Of a stretch of DNA of 64,000 nucleotides, positions 1-16,317 are shown one piece after another. The position numbers and the translations under genes are program-made. Below the pieces are notes generated by a model. It made no database searches, had not been told where the DNA came from, and saw only the letters and a program-made list of their open reading frames with translations. The stretch covers positions 13,702,001 through 13,766,000 of the forward strand of contig CM022675.1 in the NCBI GenBank assembly GCA_012295275.1, written 5' to 3'. The stretch comes from Chrysomallon squamiferum. Taxonomy: Eukaryota; Animalia; Mollusca. The first letter of the stretch is position 1. Each line of letters opens with the position of its first letter.

Positions 1-18
1 CTCAGCGGCGCCAGTCAT
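1..18 (-). CDS. Possible start of a gene running off the window edge (MTGAAE...)
   Basis: aacaccATG in good Kozak context followed by GC-rich codons; only 6 codons visible. Confidence 0.25.
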
Positions 19-103
19 GGTGTTTAGTTGGTCCTGTCTTGTGAAAATAGTGTTTGGCTTTTGTAGAATGTTAAATGTAAAGCGAAATAAGAGCAGACAG
101 AAG

Positions 104-248
<145 letters not shown>

Positions 249-367
249 TCATTCTATAACATTTTAATCGGTTCATTCTTCTGTCATTCCTGTTCTGATG
301 TTCTTCCTATCTTCCTTTCATCTTTTCCCATAATTTAATAGAAATTCAGTGAATCTGAAAGATTTGA

Positions 368-435
<68 letters not shown>

Positions 436-568
436 TAATGCCTTAAAATAAATTCTTGGTTAAAAAGAATCTTCACTATCTGATATTACTAAACAATAAA
501 CTGTGGGATAAACAAAATAATAAAACGAAATTAAACTGATTCCTATATTTTTTACCTCTCTCTCTCTT

Positions 569-666
<98 letters not shown>

Positions 667-1443
667 GATTATTAACTGTCTAATGATTATATACTGACAC
701 GAATACAAACCTGTCTTTGTTCATTAACGTGTCTGAACAAACTGAGAAGCAGATTTCAAACTGTCACTTTTGTCAAAGTGTTTTTATCGCTAGTTTGTTT
801 TTAATAAAAGATGTTTTTAATGGAAAGGTCAGCCGCTTACTCACATTCTTATCTGTTAGCGTATATCTCTTCATACGCGTACTAACAGACAAACAGACAC
901 ACAGATACATACGTGTGGACGTAGGCAAACGGACACGCAACAAAACACACACATACACACACCAGCAGATAGAAGTATATCCAGAAACACGTGCGTTCAC
1001 ACACTCTCAGACGTAGATGTAAATTCTACGTTCTCTGTGAAGACAAATTTTGTAAATTTTGATAGTTCTAACACGAAGAAATTAGCGTGTAGCTCTCTGT
1101 CTGTCTGTCTGTCTGTACACAGAAAAAAAGAAAATATAAAAGTACCAATCAGTGAATACGATATTGTACCTGTATCTAAGTTTGATTTTATTTATTTCAG
1201 TGTTTGTATCTGTGTGTGTATACATTTGTGTTTGTGTATGCATGTGTGTGTGTGTGTGTAAAATTCCTAAAAATGTTAGAAAATCTGTCTGGTTTACTCA
1301 GATCATCCTGTGTCTGCAGTGAGTGAAGGATGACAGGCCAATGTTAGCACCAGAACACAACAAAGCGGTAACACTTAATTACACTGTGAAGAATGAGTTC
1401 TTCTGAAACTGAACATTTTTTACTCCAAGCTTGTTCTTAATGC

Positions 1444-1477
<34 letters not shown>

Positions 1478-1594
1478 TATATACACATACATTCATACAT
1501 ACATACACATATATATATACACATATATATATATGTATATATATACATACATACATACATAATACATACATACATACATTCATACATTCATACA

Positions 1595-1626
<32 letters not shown>

Positions 1627-2933
1627 CATACATACATACATACAACTATATATATATATATGAAATCTGCAATGAATTATTTTTTTCTGATTTTGCTTTA
1701 TTTCTAAAAAAAATGGTGTTGCTTATTAGTATCATCATCTCCGTTGTTTACTTTTTTATTTATTTATTTATATATATGTAGACATACGTACTTCATACAT
1801 ACATACACAGATTTATTCAGTTGTACTGTTATCTGCTACACATCAAACAGTCTGCTCTTTCTACAAACCCTTAGCTCTGTGGATAACGATCATCAAATCT
1901 GTGCACATTACTTTAAGTTCAGTGATTACATACACTTCCTGTAACATATATATGCACGCATATGTGAGTATCTATACAAACGTACATACATACACACACA
2001 GACACACATACATGCATACATACACACATAAATACATACATACATACTTACATACAAACACACACACATACACACATACACACATACATACATATATACA
2101 TACATACATACATACACACACATACACATATACATTTCATACATACACACACATAATACATACATGCATACACACATACATACACACACATACACACATA
2201 AATACACACACACATACACACATACATACATACACACACACATACATACATACATACATAATACACACACTCATACACGTACATACATTAAATATCAGGT
2301 AAACAACAGGATGTAGGTAATTTTTAACAGACAAACTATTCAAATTTTCATGTAAATATTTTACTATACAGTCGAGTTCTTTCTTACTAAATGTTACCAT
2401 GGATACTATTAGGAACCACAGACGTTTACAGAAAAGAAACACGCAGAAGGCACGTGATTTGTTACTTCTGTGTTCAGATCAGCAGAAAGAAATATTTTGT
2501 ATATACCCTCTCATAGACAGAATATCACAAATAATCAGATTTGATAAACCTGCTGGTAAAAATGTTCATTTATTTATTTATCAATATATTTATTTATTCA
2601 TTCATTCATTTATTGAGTTGTTTTATTTTATTTTATTTTATTTTAGTTATTTTATTTTATTATTGTTGTTATTGCTATTACTTTTTGCCAAAAAATTAAT
2701 TAATTTAGATGTAACTTAGGAATATTTAAAATGAAATTTACTAAATGTGTTAAAATTATTTACAGTTTCAAAAAAAAGTATATTTAAAATTGTTAATCTG
2801 ATTAAATTACCAGCAAAGAAATAGAAAATTCTGTTTTCACTTGATTTCCCTTAAAATATTTCAAACTTTTTCATTTTCTCTTTCTTCTCTTTAATTATTT
2901 CTATCTGGAGAGATTTTTTAAATTATTTTTTAC

Positions 2934-2991
<58 letters not shown>

Positions 2992-3766
2992 AGTTGTTGT
3001 TGTTGTTGTTGTTGTTGTGTTATTGTATTATTTTTTTTCTATCTCTCTCTCAATATTCAGTTTTGATATGTTTCTATCGATTTTTCTTAATCGTTTTTCA
3101 TTCATTCTTTCTCTTCTCTTCATTTTTCATTCTTTTCTTTCGTCTGTTCTTACGTTCAGTGTTTCTTCTTTCTTTTCTTTTTTTCCTTTTGTATTTTTTT
3201 CTTTCTCTCAAAATAATTTATTTGATTGTTCAGCTCTTTCGAGGCATTTAAATTAGATTTCGTTTGAGTAACAAAATTAATAAAATTTTCTGTTAATGTA
3301 ACATGAAAATGAGAAATTAGAGCTGGAAATGGCGAGTGAAATTACAAACTAATTTACACGATCCATTCACGCTTTCTTCATTTTACTGTTAAACGTCTTC
3401 ATTTCAGACACCAACAACAACACCGCTACATTAACTGTTACACAACGTTAACAACAATAACAGCAATGGCTACCTGAACTACTATAACAATAACGACGAC
3501 GACGACATCAACAGTAGTAATAGTAGTAGTATAGTACTAGTAGTAATAATATCAATAGAAGTATTAACAATAACAATAAAATAACGAAAACAATAACACA
3601 AGCAACAAAATTATTAGTATTAATAGCAGCAATAATAGAAACTGTAGTAATAGCAGTAGTAGTAGCAGCAGTAGTTGTAGTAATAGCAGAAAGAGTAACC
3701 GTAGTTGTTGTAGCAACAGTAATAGTAAAAGTGGCAGTAATAATAACAATAATAATAATAACGATG

Positions 3767-3804
<38 letters not shown>

Positions 3805-4461
3805 CACTACTAAAAAATAAGTAATTTTTTTAAAAATTATTTATCACTATTATTATTATCGATCGAGCATCTTAAAATAGCGTTTTGTTAATTAACACTC
3901 TATCGTATCGTCATATCGTTTGATTTTAATTGTTTGTGTTAAGATTTCTTTATTCTTTCCTTTATCCCACACGTGATTCGTTTCAAACAAAACAAACAGA
4001 AATAGAATTCATCATTTGCAACACTGCTCCATTTTCCACTTCCTGCTTCGATGAACTGGTCGCAATGCGCAGGCGCAGAAACTCTATTACATCTGACTGA
4101 GTATATTGTTAAATCTCTGAAAAAAAAAAAAAAAATCGATTCATTACAGTTAAAAGTAATTGTCAGGCTTGTGAGAAATAATCTGTATACTTTTTAAAAA
4201 TTATTTATTATTTTTAATTTTTATTCTGTTTCCGGATATTTATTTCTCAACATTTTAACAAACCCGGTCACGTGTTTACCTCTTCCTTCTGTAAAACTTT
4301 AAACGTTTTGTTAATCAGAGTTCTGCCATTAATAATTAAAACTACTAAGATGATATCTGGCGTCATTGGTAGTCGATCCTAGAATCCACGGCTCCAAAAA
4401 TACAGAAAATAACAAAAACAAACATTAAATAAAATAATGGAAAGAAAAGAAATTAAAAAAT

Positions 4462-4499
<38 letters not shown>

Positions 4500-5003
4500 C
4501 TACTATTACTACGACTACGACTACTACTACTACTACTACTACTACTAATAATAATAATAATAAAAGAAGAAGAAGCAGAAGAAAAACAACCAGTCAAACA
4601 AAAAAAAACAAAACAAAAACTGAACGTTGACATTATTTGTCAGTGTTCTCTAAATATCGTTTATTCAGTGTGAATAGTATGTATTAAACTCTGATAAGAA
4701 AATGTCGACATAACGTATCAGTGTCGGTTAACTAAATGTTGACATGCTGTGTCATTGTTAATTAAATGTCTACATGATTTGTCAACATGATAAATAAATG
4801 TCATTCATTGTCAACGTCTAACAACTAAATATCGTTTATTAAATGTCAGTATAATCAGTGAACTGCTTCATTCTTTTCTTTCGTTTTTATTTTTCCTTTC
4901 ACACAATATTTAAAAAAAAAAAATATATATATATATATATCTCCATCTTTCTCTTTTCTTTTGGGGGGGGGATTCTGCGCATCAGTTATTATCTGATAAT
5001 TTA

Positions 5004-5034
<31 letters not shown>

Positions 5035-5347
5035 TTTATTTTTTTTTTTATTTTTTTATTTTATTATCTCTATTATTTTTTTTTTTCGTAAATTATTGTT
5101 TTCTTTTTTCTTCTATCTTTCGTTTTACTTTTATCATTTTTAATTATTTTTTTATAACTCTTATTCTTTTCTTAATGGATTTTTTTTTTTTTTTTTTAGT
5201 TTTTCAGTTTTAAAAGGTTTAATTGAGTTAACGCTATTGGCTTCTACTCAGTTGATGTATGTTAATCATGTTTTCTATTAAATTAAGTCCACAGCGATTT
5301 GTGTGAAATTTTCTTTGCTTTTAAAAGTTCATAAAATCCAATTTTCT

Positions 5348-5406
<59 letters not shown>

Positions 5407-6174
5407 ATCTCTCTCTATCTATCTATCTGTCTATCTCTTTCTATTTCTCTCTGTGTCTGTCTATCTCTCTTTCTCACTGTCTCTCTGTCTCTCTGTCTCT
5501 CTCTCGCTCTCTCTCTCTTTTTCTCTTTCTCCCTCTCTATCTCTTTCTCTCTCTGTCTATCCCTCTCTTTCTCTGTCTATCTCTCTCTATCTATCTATCT
5601 GTCTATCTGTCTCTGTCTATCTCTGAGACAGATGATGAAAAAAAATAAACATTATCAAGACACAAGAATACAAAAAAAAAAAAAAAAAAAAATAATAAAA
5701 ATAATTATGAGATTTTAAAATGAAATAAAACAAAACCAAAAAAAAAAAAAAAAAAAAAAAAAAAAGAAGAAGAAGAAGCAGAAGAAAGAAGAAAAACTGA
5801 AGTAGCATATTTGATGAAATTTTCTCTTTATTTTCCGGTTAACGATTTCTTTAATAGCTCTAAGTGTACTAGTGACGTTATTGACTAAAATCTCGCGTAA
5901 TTATCTGCCCTTCTCCCGCTCTCCGCTCCGTGAAGAAACAAAACAACGCGAGAACACATCAAGACGCTTACTGGCGCGGCGGTAACCAAATTGTCATCGA
6001 CAGAGCAATTAATTTTATTTTCATTTCGCGATGGATCGGTCCAGCTCGTTTGCCTTCGCTTTGATAAAGTGCGAAATACAGCTGACAAGCTAATATAGAC
6101 ACAGCTACTTTTTGGTCTTGTGGTCAGACCGTCTGTGCATCTGTCACTCTCTTTGTTTTACTAATTGTAAATTC

Positions 6175-6293
<119 letters not shown>

Positions 6294-6734
6294 TATCTTC
6301 CCATCCGTCTCTACCATTACTATTACTACTACCACTGTTACTACTTTTACTAAGACTACTACTACAACTTCAACCATTAATAATGCTATTACTGTTACTA
6401 CTATTACTATTATTACTACTACTACAACAATTTCTGTTATTACTGTTATTACTACAACTCCTACAACCCCGACTGTTGTTATACTACTCTCTGTAAAATG
6501 ACAAAGACTGGTGCTTCAAACGACAGTTTTTGTGAAATAACACAGTATACAAAAATGGATTAATCCAGAAGGTAACATTGTGAGGTAAATGAAATGACAG
6601 CTAAGATCTGTATGAGTATTTTTGTGAATTGGTTTGATAAAGAAGGACAAAATTGTAGGAGTGTTTGTGTCAAATAGTTTGAGAAAGAAGGCGATGGTGC
6701 TACGTTTGATGAACAGATATATATAAATATATAT

Positions 6735-6856
<122 letters not shown>

Positions 6857-8144
6857 ACACACTTATAGGAACATGCGCCGAAGCCAATTTGTAGTCATAG
6901 GAGGTGCTGTAAGCTGAAGGAAGGAGTCTCTAGGTGTAAATAGCAAATATTCTTCATTATGATACAATTTATAGGAAAGAGTTTGAAGGAGTAAAATTGT
7001 AAATACGATGCAATACGATATTGTGTGAAAGAATTCTAAGGAAAGAAAACTTTCGTATGAAAATATCAACTAATACTTAATCATGACTGGTCAGTTGTTA
7101 GCCACTGGAGCAGAGATTAGATAAATAGAAAACTTGCTCGACAAATAAACGAGATCTTTATTGACGTGTTTTTAATTACGTTCATTAAAAGAGATTAATC
7201 GATTTTGTCAAAATCTGAACAACGAACTTTAATGTTTTATTAAAACATTACAATTAAATTGAATATCTTCATTATCGTCTAAATTAAAAATTCGTCTTCA
7301 GTTCTTTACTTAACTGAAACGTTCACTTTGTATCAATAGCGATGAGATGCTTTGCAGAAGATCAGGTGCATTTTGGAATCAAAAACAATAAACAAACAGC
7401 AGATGCGTGAAGTAGATACAATATTTAGTGAAATGTGTCTGTGGATTACAACACTGAAAATACTGACTGTGTCTGAGAGTAAGAAAGAAGAAAAAGACGA
7501 ATAAAGAATGAAAGAAAGAAATAATCTGGAAAAGAAAAAGAAAAAGACTTCATTTTAATTGTTTGCTGCGTCTATTTCTGTTTACTACTACTGCTACTAC
7601 TACTACTACTACTACTACTACTAGTTCTACTACTACTTTTAATATTAGTACTACTATTACTACTACTACTACTGATACTACTACTACTACTCTACTAATA
7701 CGACTACCTGCTATTGCTAATAACACTACCATTTCTACTGCTATTACTACTATTACTGCTACCATCACTATTACTATTACTACTACTAGTAGTACTAATA
7801 CCGCTTCTATTAGTATTGCTATTACTACTACTACAACTACCTCTACTACAACTATCACCACCATCACCACAACACTAACAATATTACTACTGTTAGAACT
7901 ACTACTACTACTACATCTATTGTTCTACTATTACTACATTAATTACTACTGCTTTTACTATTTCAGATTTGTCTGAAGTACTACTACTGTTGCTGATATT
8001 AATATTACTACGTCTATTACTAAACGTGTTAAAATATGTTTCCAAAGCCTCTTGTTATTTTCCTCTTTACTGGATTAAGCTTTGCATAGTTACATATTTT
8101 TGTTTACTATAAATGCAATCCACCCAAATTGTCTGTCTGTCTGA

Positions 8145-8231
<87 letters not shown>

Positions 8232-8865
8232 CATTTCCATTGTATTATTTCTGATTTTTCGTTCTTTTTTCACCTAAGATGTTATTATTATTATTTTATT
8301 TTTATTATTATTTTCAGGTCGTTTCAGGATCAGCTGATGTAGGAGACAGGCTCCTGAAATCTCCTGAAGAAATGTTTCCGAGAATGTTAATACTGAACTA
8401 ACAGAACACTTTAAAAATAAACATTGTTAAAAATGTCACCTTCTATACAAACTGAACGCATTTAAAATACTGTATATATATATCTGATAAAGAAATAATG
8501 ATAATAATCTGAAAGCCAGAATAAAAATGATATGTATTTTGAAATATTAAAGGTAAATAAAAGTAAATAATGAATTATTTTTCATAGTTACGTGTATAAA
8601 CTATGAGAAAAAAAGCTCAATGTAACTGAAACAGGGCAAAATGTAAATAAAGGTTTCATCCACATGTTTCGTGGTTTGTTTTTTTTATTAATTTTATATA
8701 TAAACTGAAAATGTGTGACGTAAACAGGAAATGACGTCAGTGATCAGAACGTCACCGAGTCTACTGAAGAAAAGAAGAAGTAAATGGAGAAGCCATTTAA
8801 GATTAATGTCAAACGAAAGCGATAATAATACTTTTAAAATTTCTAAAATAATTTGTATCTGCTTT

Positions 8866-8944
<79 letters not shown>

Positions 8945-9443
8945 CTATAACCTCTTGTAGAAACAGTTAAATCAATATTTGCATGTATTTTTTTTTCTTG
9001 TCTTAAGTGTAATTTTACGTATTTGTGAAAATACAAGTGTACACAATGATAGATATTGCTTTTCGATGGCTGTGGAAGTCGTTTTCCTGGCCTCGTTTTG
9101 AAGGTAATGACGTCAGAATTTACAGAACAATTAAAAGGATGAAAATGGTGACAAGAAAAAAAATAAAATAAAATAAAATAAATAAAATAAAATAAAATAA
9201 AATAAATAAATAAAAATTAAAATAAAATAAAATAAAATAATAAAATAATAATAAAAAATTAAATTAAATTAAATTAAATTAAATAAAAAAACAACAAAAA
9301 ACAAAATAAAAAAGAAACAATGTTTTAGAGAAAGAAAAACAAATATAAAAATTATTCTTTTTTTTAAATTTAATTTTTGTTTTATTTTTCATTATTATCA
9401 TTTTTATTTGCTTATTGTTGTTTTTAGATAAATATGAAACACA

Positions 9444-9482
<39 letters not shown>

Positions 9483-9936
9483 CGCGCATTAATGTTAAAT
9501 TTCAATGGTGTGTGTTCATGACCACGACCATGTCACACCCGATCGGAAGCACGATTCGAACCCGCTGCCCTCCACAACCAAACTCGATACCTTTCCATGG
9601 ACCCAGAATATTTGTCGAATTCTAAAACAAATGTACAACGCAGCGCTCGTCAACAAATCGGTGTCCTCCCTCGCAATCTGCACTTATTGGGTATCCGGAC
9701 GCCTTCGAAATGGGTCATTATAGCTTTTTTTCCCGATTACATTACGGCATATTCTCTTCCGCTAATAGGCAGACTAATAAACGGTTCTCTGTCGTTAATG
9801 GAGGGATTAAAGCTTTTAACAAAAATAAAATGGAGGGGAAAAAAAAAAAAGAATAAAAATAAAAGAACAAGAACAAAGAAAAAGAATGAAAGAATGAAAG
9901 AAAAAAGAAGTGGAAGAAGAAGAAAAACTAGAAAAT

Positions 9937-9998
<62 letters not shown>

Positions 9999-10234
9999 CC
10001 CACCTTTTTTTTATATCTTCCCATCCGTCTCTACTATTACTATTACAACAACTACTATTACTACTAGAACTGTTACTACTTTTACTGAGACTACTACAAC
10101 AACTTCAACCATTAATAATACTATTTCTGTTACTACTATTACTATTTTTACTACTACTACCACAACTTCTGATACTACTGTTGTTACTACAACTCCTACA
10201 ACACCGACTGTTGTTTTACTACTACTGCTAATTC

Positions 10235-10943
10235 TAGGGTTCGAAAACCGGTATTTAAATACCAGTTTTAATAACTGATGGGGAATACCGTTACCGAAGC
10301 ATCAATACCGGTTTTCTAAATTTTAACGAGTTATGTTGAGAGATATGTTAATCGTTAACATAAGATTATCTTAGTTACTCGGGTGTTGCTAGTGTGTCTT
10401 CAGTTGCGAGTTCGATGCTTGTGTGTTTAATGTTCCACGTTTACCTGTTTGATTGCTGACCTGTTTGCCATCCTAAGTCATTTTGCGACTAGTGATAAGG
10501 GATTGGCTCCTGCTTCATGGTTGTCGCCCAAGACACTAGATGTTTTGTGTTTTTAAAGTCATACTTCTCGAGTATCGAGGAATGAATCAGAACTTCTCAA
10601 AAGTTGCAAAACATGTGATGTACATTTTCCTTGTTTCCTTTTTATAAAATTCGCATCCACATTTCTTCTTGGTTTTTTATTACCTTTTGTACCCATTTTA
10701 AATTCTATAAAAGTTCATTTCATTATTTTTTTATGAAGACAGGTAGGAAAAGGAGGATAATGAATAATGTTGTCAGATGAGTTTCAAATAATAAATAAAA
10801 TGTGTATGTATAAGAGAAAACCACAAAAGCCCCGTAACTATCTTTTCCTATGCACAAACTAACAAAACCCGGTGAAAACTGGTATTGAGAATATCTGTCG
10901 GTAATTTACCGGTATTGAAATTATCGGTAATTTGTAAACCCTA
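10235..10943. mobile_element. Non-autonomous hAT element (TAGGG termini)
   Basis: Termini TAGGGTT...AACCCTA, subterminal ACCGGTA-type repeats, 8-bp TSD gctaattc/gctaatac (7/8); inserted into a (TAC)n-rich tract. Confidence 0.85.
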
Positions 10944-11626
10944 GCTAATACTACTATTGCTACTATCACTACTGCTGCTATTACTGCTACTATTAATATT
11001 ACTATTACTGTCAGTACTATTACTATTAACACTACTAATTCTCAACCTAATAAATTGTTAAAATTACACGTAATTACAATACCCTCAGACGTTCTTAATA
11101 TGTCTATTGTTTATAATTTTGCATTATTAACATACAATAAATATTGTGTATAAATGTATCAGTATTAATATACGATAAATATTGTTTAAAATTACACCCT
11201 GTTAATATACAATAAATACCGCAGACACATATATATCATTTCGCACTATTAATATACACTATGTATTACTTTACACTATTAATTAATATTTACACTATTA
11301 ATATACAGTATATACTGTCTATATTCACTACACGTGTGTAAACACTGGTCACTCTAACGTTAGAGTAAGACAAACAACTGTTGTAAACAGTCAGTTGAAG
11401 GGTTTGAAGAGTTTCGCGGAACAAGTAGAAAATGGTTGATGGTTGTAAATGCGTTCTGACAGATTCCTATTGATCTGTTTTCACTGTTTTTAAACTCATA
11501 TCAGATTTTTATTACCGAGCGACATTTCATTTGTTATTGACAGGTTAGTGTGTTTTTGTAAAGACTGACCGAAATACAGATGTAAGAGTAACACCGAGGG
11601 TTACTCCTACTAGTTAAAAATAAACC

Positions 11627-11751
<125 letters not shown>

Positions 11752-12154
11752 ATTCTCACATACACAGATACACAGACACACACACACACATACATATAGA
11801 GATACAGTGTAATATCACAATACTGGCATATTGCTTTATTTTATGCAGACAACATGATTCACGGATCACGTGTTTCCTACATGAGTCTACAGATATTTAG
11901 ATGATGTAGTCAGACAGATTACAAGTTAGTGGAGCGTGTATACAGATTATTACATTAATCACCAACAGACCGTGAAGTTAGAAATACATAAACAGTGTAT
12001 GTAAGATTAACACACTCTTATTAGAATACATGGTCTGTGTTAATGTGTGTCTGTGTGTGTATATATATATATGTCTAGTACGACACTATTTCCCATCTAT
12101 CTATCTATCTATCTATCTATCTATATATATATATGCTTATTTATCTGTTTATTA

Positions 12155-12191
<37 letters not shown>

Positions 12192-12277
12192 CTTGTGTAT
12201 GCGTCTTTATATATATATATATATATATATTTAACCGTGTGTCGTAGTATTTTCATAGTCTTTGTTGAAATTATGTA

Positions 12278-12314
<37 letters not shown>

Positions 12315-12689
12315 TTAGTCTATCCATCTACTTATAGACAGACAGACAGATAGATAGATAAACAGAGAGACAGACAGAGAGACAGACAGACAAACAGACA
12401 GATAGACAGATAGATAGACAGATAAATAGATAGACAGACAGATAGATAGATATATAGATAGATAGATAAACAGAGAGAAAGAGAGACAGACAGACAGACA
12501 GATAGATAGATAGATAGATAGACAGACAGATAGATAGATAGCTAGATAGCTAGAGAGACAGAGAGACAGACAGATAGCTAGATAGCTAGAGAGACAGATA
12601 GAAAGTTTAGATATTTTCAACATTAAAACAGAGAGATGGACAGACAGACAGAAATTTCAGATAATTTCAACATTAAAACGAAGACTGTG

Positions 12690-13270
12690 AAAACTGTGCG
12701 GCGCAACGTGGAGGTTGTGTGACGTGGGGAACGACGTGGAGGTTGTGTGACGTGGGAACCACCACGACGACTACGGCGACGACGTTGAGTTATTTTCCCC
12801 GCGCGTCTGGCGGTCGCGCGGCCTCGTTCATTTCTCTCTGATTTACCCCGAAACCCGTCAAACTGGGGGAGATTAATGCCTCGCCTCTCATTAACTCAGT
12901 TGGCCTCCTGCGATCGGTTAATCGCGGTGTCGTTAAGACGGACAATCCGCCGTCGTAGTGTTGTGCGCATCAATAAAACGGCGAGGCGAGTCAATATGTT
13001 AGTTTCGCGATAAGCTGGGAAAACCTTCCCCCCCCGGTTCGGTCTGCGAATATCGTTTGCGGTAAGCGACGGGGTTCCGCGCTGACCGTCACCAGTTCGA
13101 CTGGAGCGCGCGCCCATTTCCCGTCTGCAGACCGACTGGTAGTGGGCGGTTAATGCTCCGGACTAATATAAAAACAATGAAATACGGACGCATTTTTTTC
13201 GTTAAGTAGATTTTCTAACTTCCGGTCAGTTGAGGAAGGAGGAGTACACGAAGGTGGGGGGGAGGATGTT
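12690..13270. promoter_or_regulatory. CpG-rich non-coding island (enhancer/CNE-like)
   Basis: Sharp GC/CpG rise in an AT-rich background, several TAAT/ATTA cores, no convincing spliceable ORF. Confidence 0.45.
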
Positions 13271-13280
13271 TGGTGATTAC

Positions 13281-13313
<33 letters not shown>

Positions 13314-13543
13314 CGCGTGTTTAATGAACTTTTGTTACTTTTTCCGATTTTCCGTCTTTTTTTTTTTTTTTTTTTTTTACATTCTGATCGATTTTGGTTG
13401 CTGATTTTTCATGCTACATTCCACCTATCTCTGTCTGTATGTCTGTCTGTATGTAGACAGATTCATTAAAAATATAATCTTAATTTGTTGTTATTTTTGT
13501 TATTCTTATTCTTATCATTCTTATTATTATTCTTCTTCTTCTT

Positions 13544-13608
<65 letters not shown>

Positions 13609-14122
13609 TATTTCTGCATTTGAACATTTCCTTTCAGCGTCAGTGTCCTAACTTGCCTGTCTGTCTGTCTGTCTGTCTGTTCGTCTTTCTCAGTAACTAA
13701 CTGAAAGTCACAGCTACAGAAATGTTTAGTCATTGAGAAAGCAAGAGATAATAAATGAAACAAAGAAAGAAAAAAAGAAAGAAAGAAAGAAAGAAAAAAT
13801 AAAGAAATATATTAAACTAGGTTTTCAAAGTTCAGTATTAAACTTATCTTCTCCCTAAGAAAAGCTAGAAAAAAAGATGATACCTATAAAACTTAGGTAA
13901 ATGTGCAAGTAAATGTTTCTAAAATTATTTAAAACTAAACAAAATTAGTTGAGGTCTTTTTTTTTTTTTTTTTTTGAAGATAAAGTATGTGAAACGACAT
14001 GAGACTGTTCGTGAGACAATTACATCAGTCTCCTAGCAACGCGCTAATGTAGAAATGGCGGTTCTGTAACCATCTGTGTGTGTTCACACACCTGCACAGA
14101 ATCTGCTGTTGTTATTACTTTG

Positions 14123-14159
<37 letters not shown>

Positions 14160-15276
14160 GGGGGGTTATTTACAGACTCGACAGTACTAAAATGTTTAAA
14201 ACTAGCAAGTACAGGGTTCGCCTCTTTGTACCGGTTCCTTCTTAAATCTAACACCAACGCTTGTTTACTTGTTTGTTTGTGATATCATTTTATTTATTTC
14301 CTGCTTTATATTTTTATTTTTTTTATTTGTGTATTATCCCGAAACCCCGCAACTGGTTGAGATTAATTTTTCATCTGTTTGTTTTCTTTATATTAATTAA
14401 TTTGTTTGTTTCTTTGTTTGTTTTTGTTTATTGCTTTCTTTGTTTGTTTCCTTATGTTATTATTTATTGATTTGATTTGATTTGATTTTATTTATTTATT
14501 GTCCCACATGACAAAATGAAAATAAACTGTTTATTTTCTATTATGTATGAAATATTAAATAAAATAATTTTCATAGTGATCTTTGTAATAATAATTTTTA
14601 ATCCTCTTAATATATATATATATATATATAATAATGATGATGATGACAATAATAATAATAATGATAATATATAAATATATAAATAATTTAAAGGAAGGAA
14701 GAAAAATAAATGAGGGAAAAAATTAGATAATATTACTCCTGATTCCTGCTTGATTCCAATTATCTTGAAATATCTTTGTTTCTTTTTTCATAATTTTAAT
14801 TCTGAATTTTAGAAATTATTATTATTATTATTATTATTATTATTGCTGTTGTCATTGCTGTTGTTATTGTTGCTGAAAATCATTGATCAAACAACATTAA
14901 TAAGGTAAAGATTAGTGAAAAAAAAACCCGCATAAATAAAAGTTACAGGCTTAGGAACATGAATGCATGTTAATAATAACAAAAAAATTGATGTGAACTT
15001 ATAATAAACAATATTTTTAAATTTAGCTTTTAATTAAGTCAGAGCTGAGATAAAGATGTTAATTTTGATAATGGTTTCCTGTAAGAAAATAAAAACTTAA
15101 CAAAACAGAAATGTATCGGCTTAGTTTTCGTAGAAAGATGATTATCTTCAGTTTTCTTGCTTCCTGTTTTTTGTGTAAACACTCGCTGTTGGCAAAATTA
15201 GCGATTTTTACACTGACGTTAGAAGAATTATACATTCTCTCTACTTACCTATCTCCTGCACACAGATACACACACA

Positions 15277-15387
<111 letters not shown>

Positions 15388-16000
15388 GTATATACGCATA
15401 TACGTGCATATATGTATACACACGTAGAAAAAAATGGACGACAAAGATATAGAGAGAAAACGAAGAAGAAAAAGAAGAAGATAAAAGACAGAAGAAGAAG
15501 AAGAAGAAAAAAGAGGGAGGAGAAGAAATAGAAGGAGAAAGATCAGAGATTTATGACATCTCGGCTTCAAAGCACAGACACATAAAACCGACGTGAACGC
15601 GCGAGAGTGTCTACTGAGAGAAAATGACGAAGCTGTCAGCGCGTCACACTAAATCTTCTTCTTTACAAGTTCATCTCCTTCTCATACACAACAGACTGCT
15701 TACGTCATCATCTCGTGCTGGTCAAGGTGACGTCTGAAATCCCGCGGGACGTTTTCGTATATCGCTTTCCTGTTTTATTGGCGAGTTCTATTAACTCTAA
15801 CATGATTGAATTCGAAGAAGTCGGGCAGACAGTATTATTTCGTTTCTTCTTTTTCTTTCTTTTTTTCTTTCTTTCTTTGTTTCTTTCTTTCCTCTTATTT
15901 CATAACATGTATTTATCTACAATCTGTTTTTTGTATTTTTAAAATTTAATTTTAATTTATCATTATTATTATTATATTATTATTATCATCATCATCATCA

Positions 16001-16040
<40 letters not shown>

Positions 16041-16260
16041 CATTATTATTATTATTATTATATTGTAACTTTTATTTCTTTATTAAACTGTGTGTATGTT
16101 GTTGTTGCTTTTAAAAAAAAAATTATTTTTTTAATTCACATTCTTTATTCATTCTCCAATTTTTTTGTTCATTAGTTCTACTGTCATTCTATTTTTCTGT
16201 CTGTCTATCTGTCCGTCTCTCTGCTTCTGTGTCTGTCTGTTTATTATAATTCTTAAATAA

Positions 16261-16317
<57 letters not shown>

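Noticed and set aside
9530-9600. B-box-like GGTTCGAATC on the minus strand (tRNA or SINE); similar GTTCGAGTC at ~63960
   Set aside because: No cloverleaf or clear A-box; cannot support a tRNA or SINE call.
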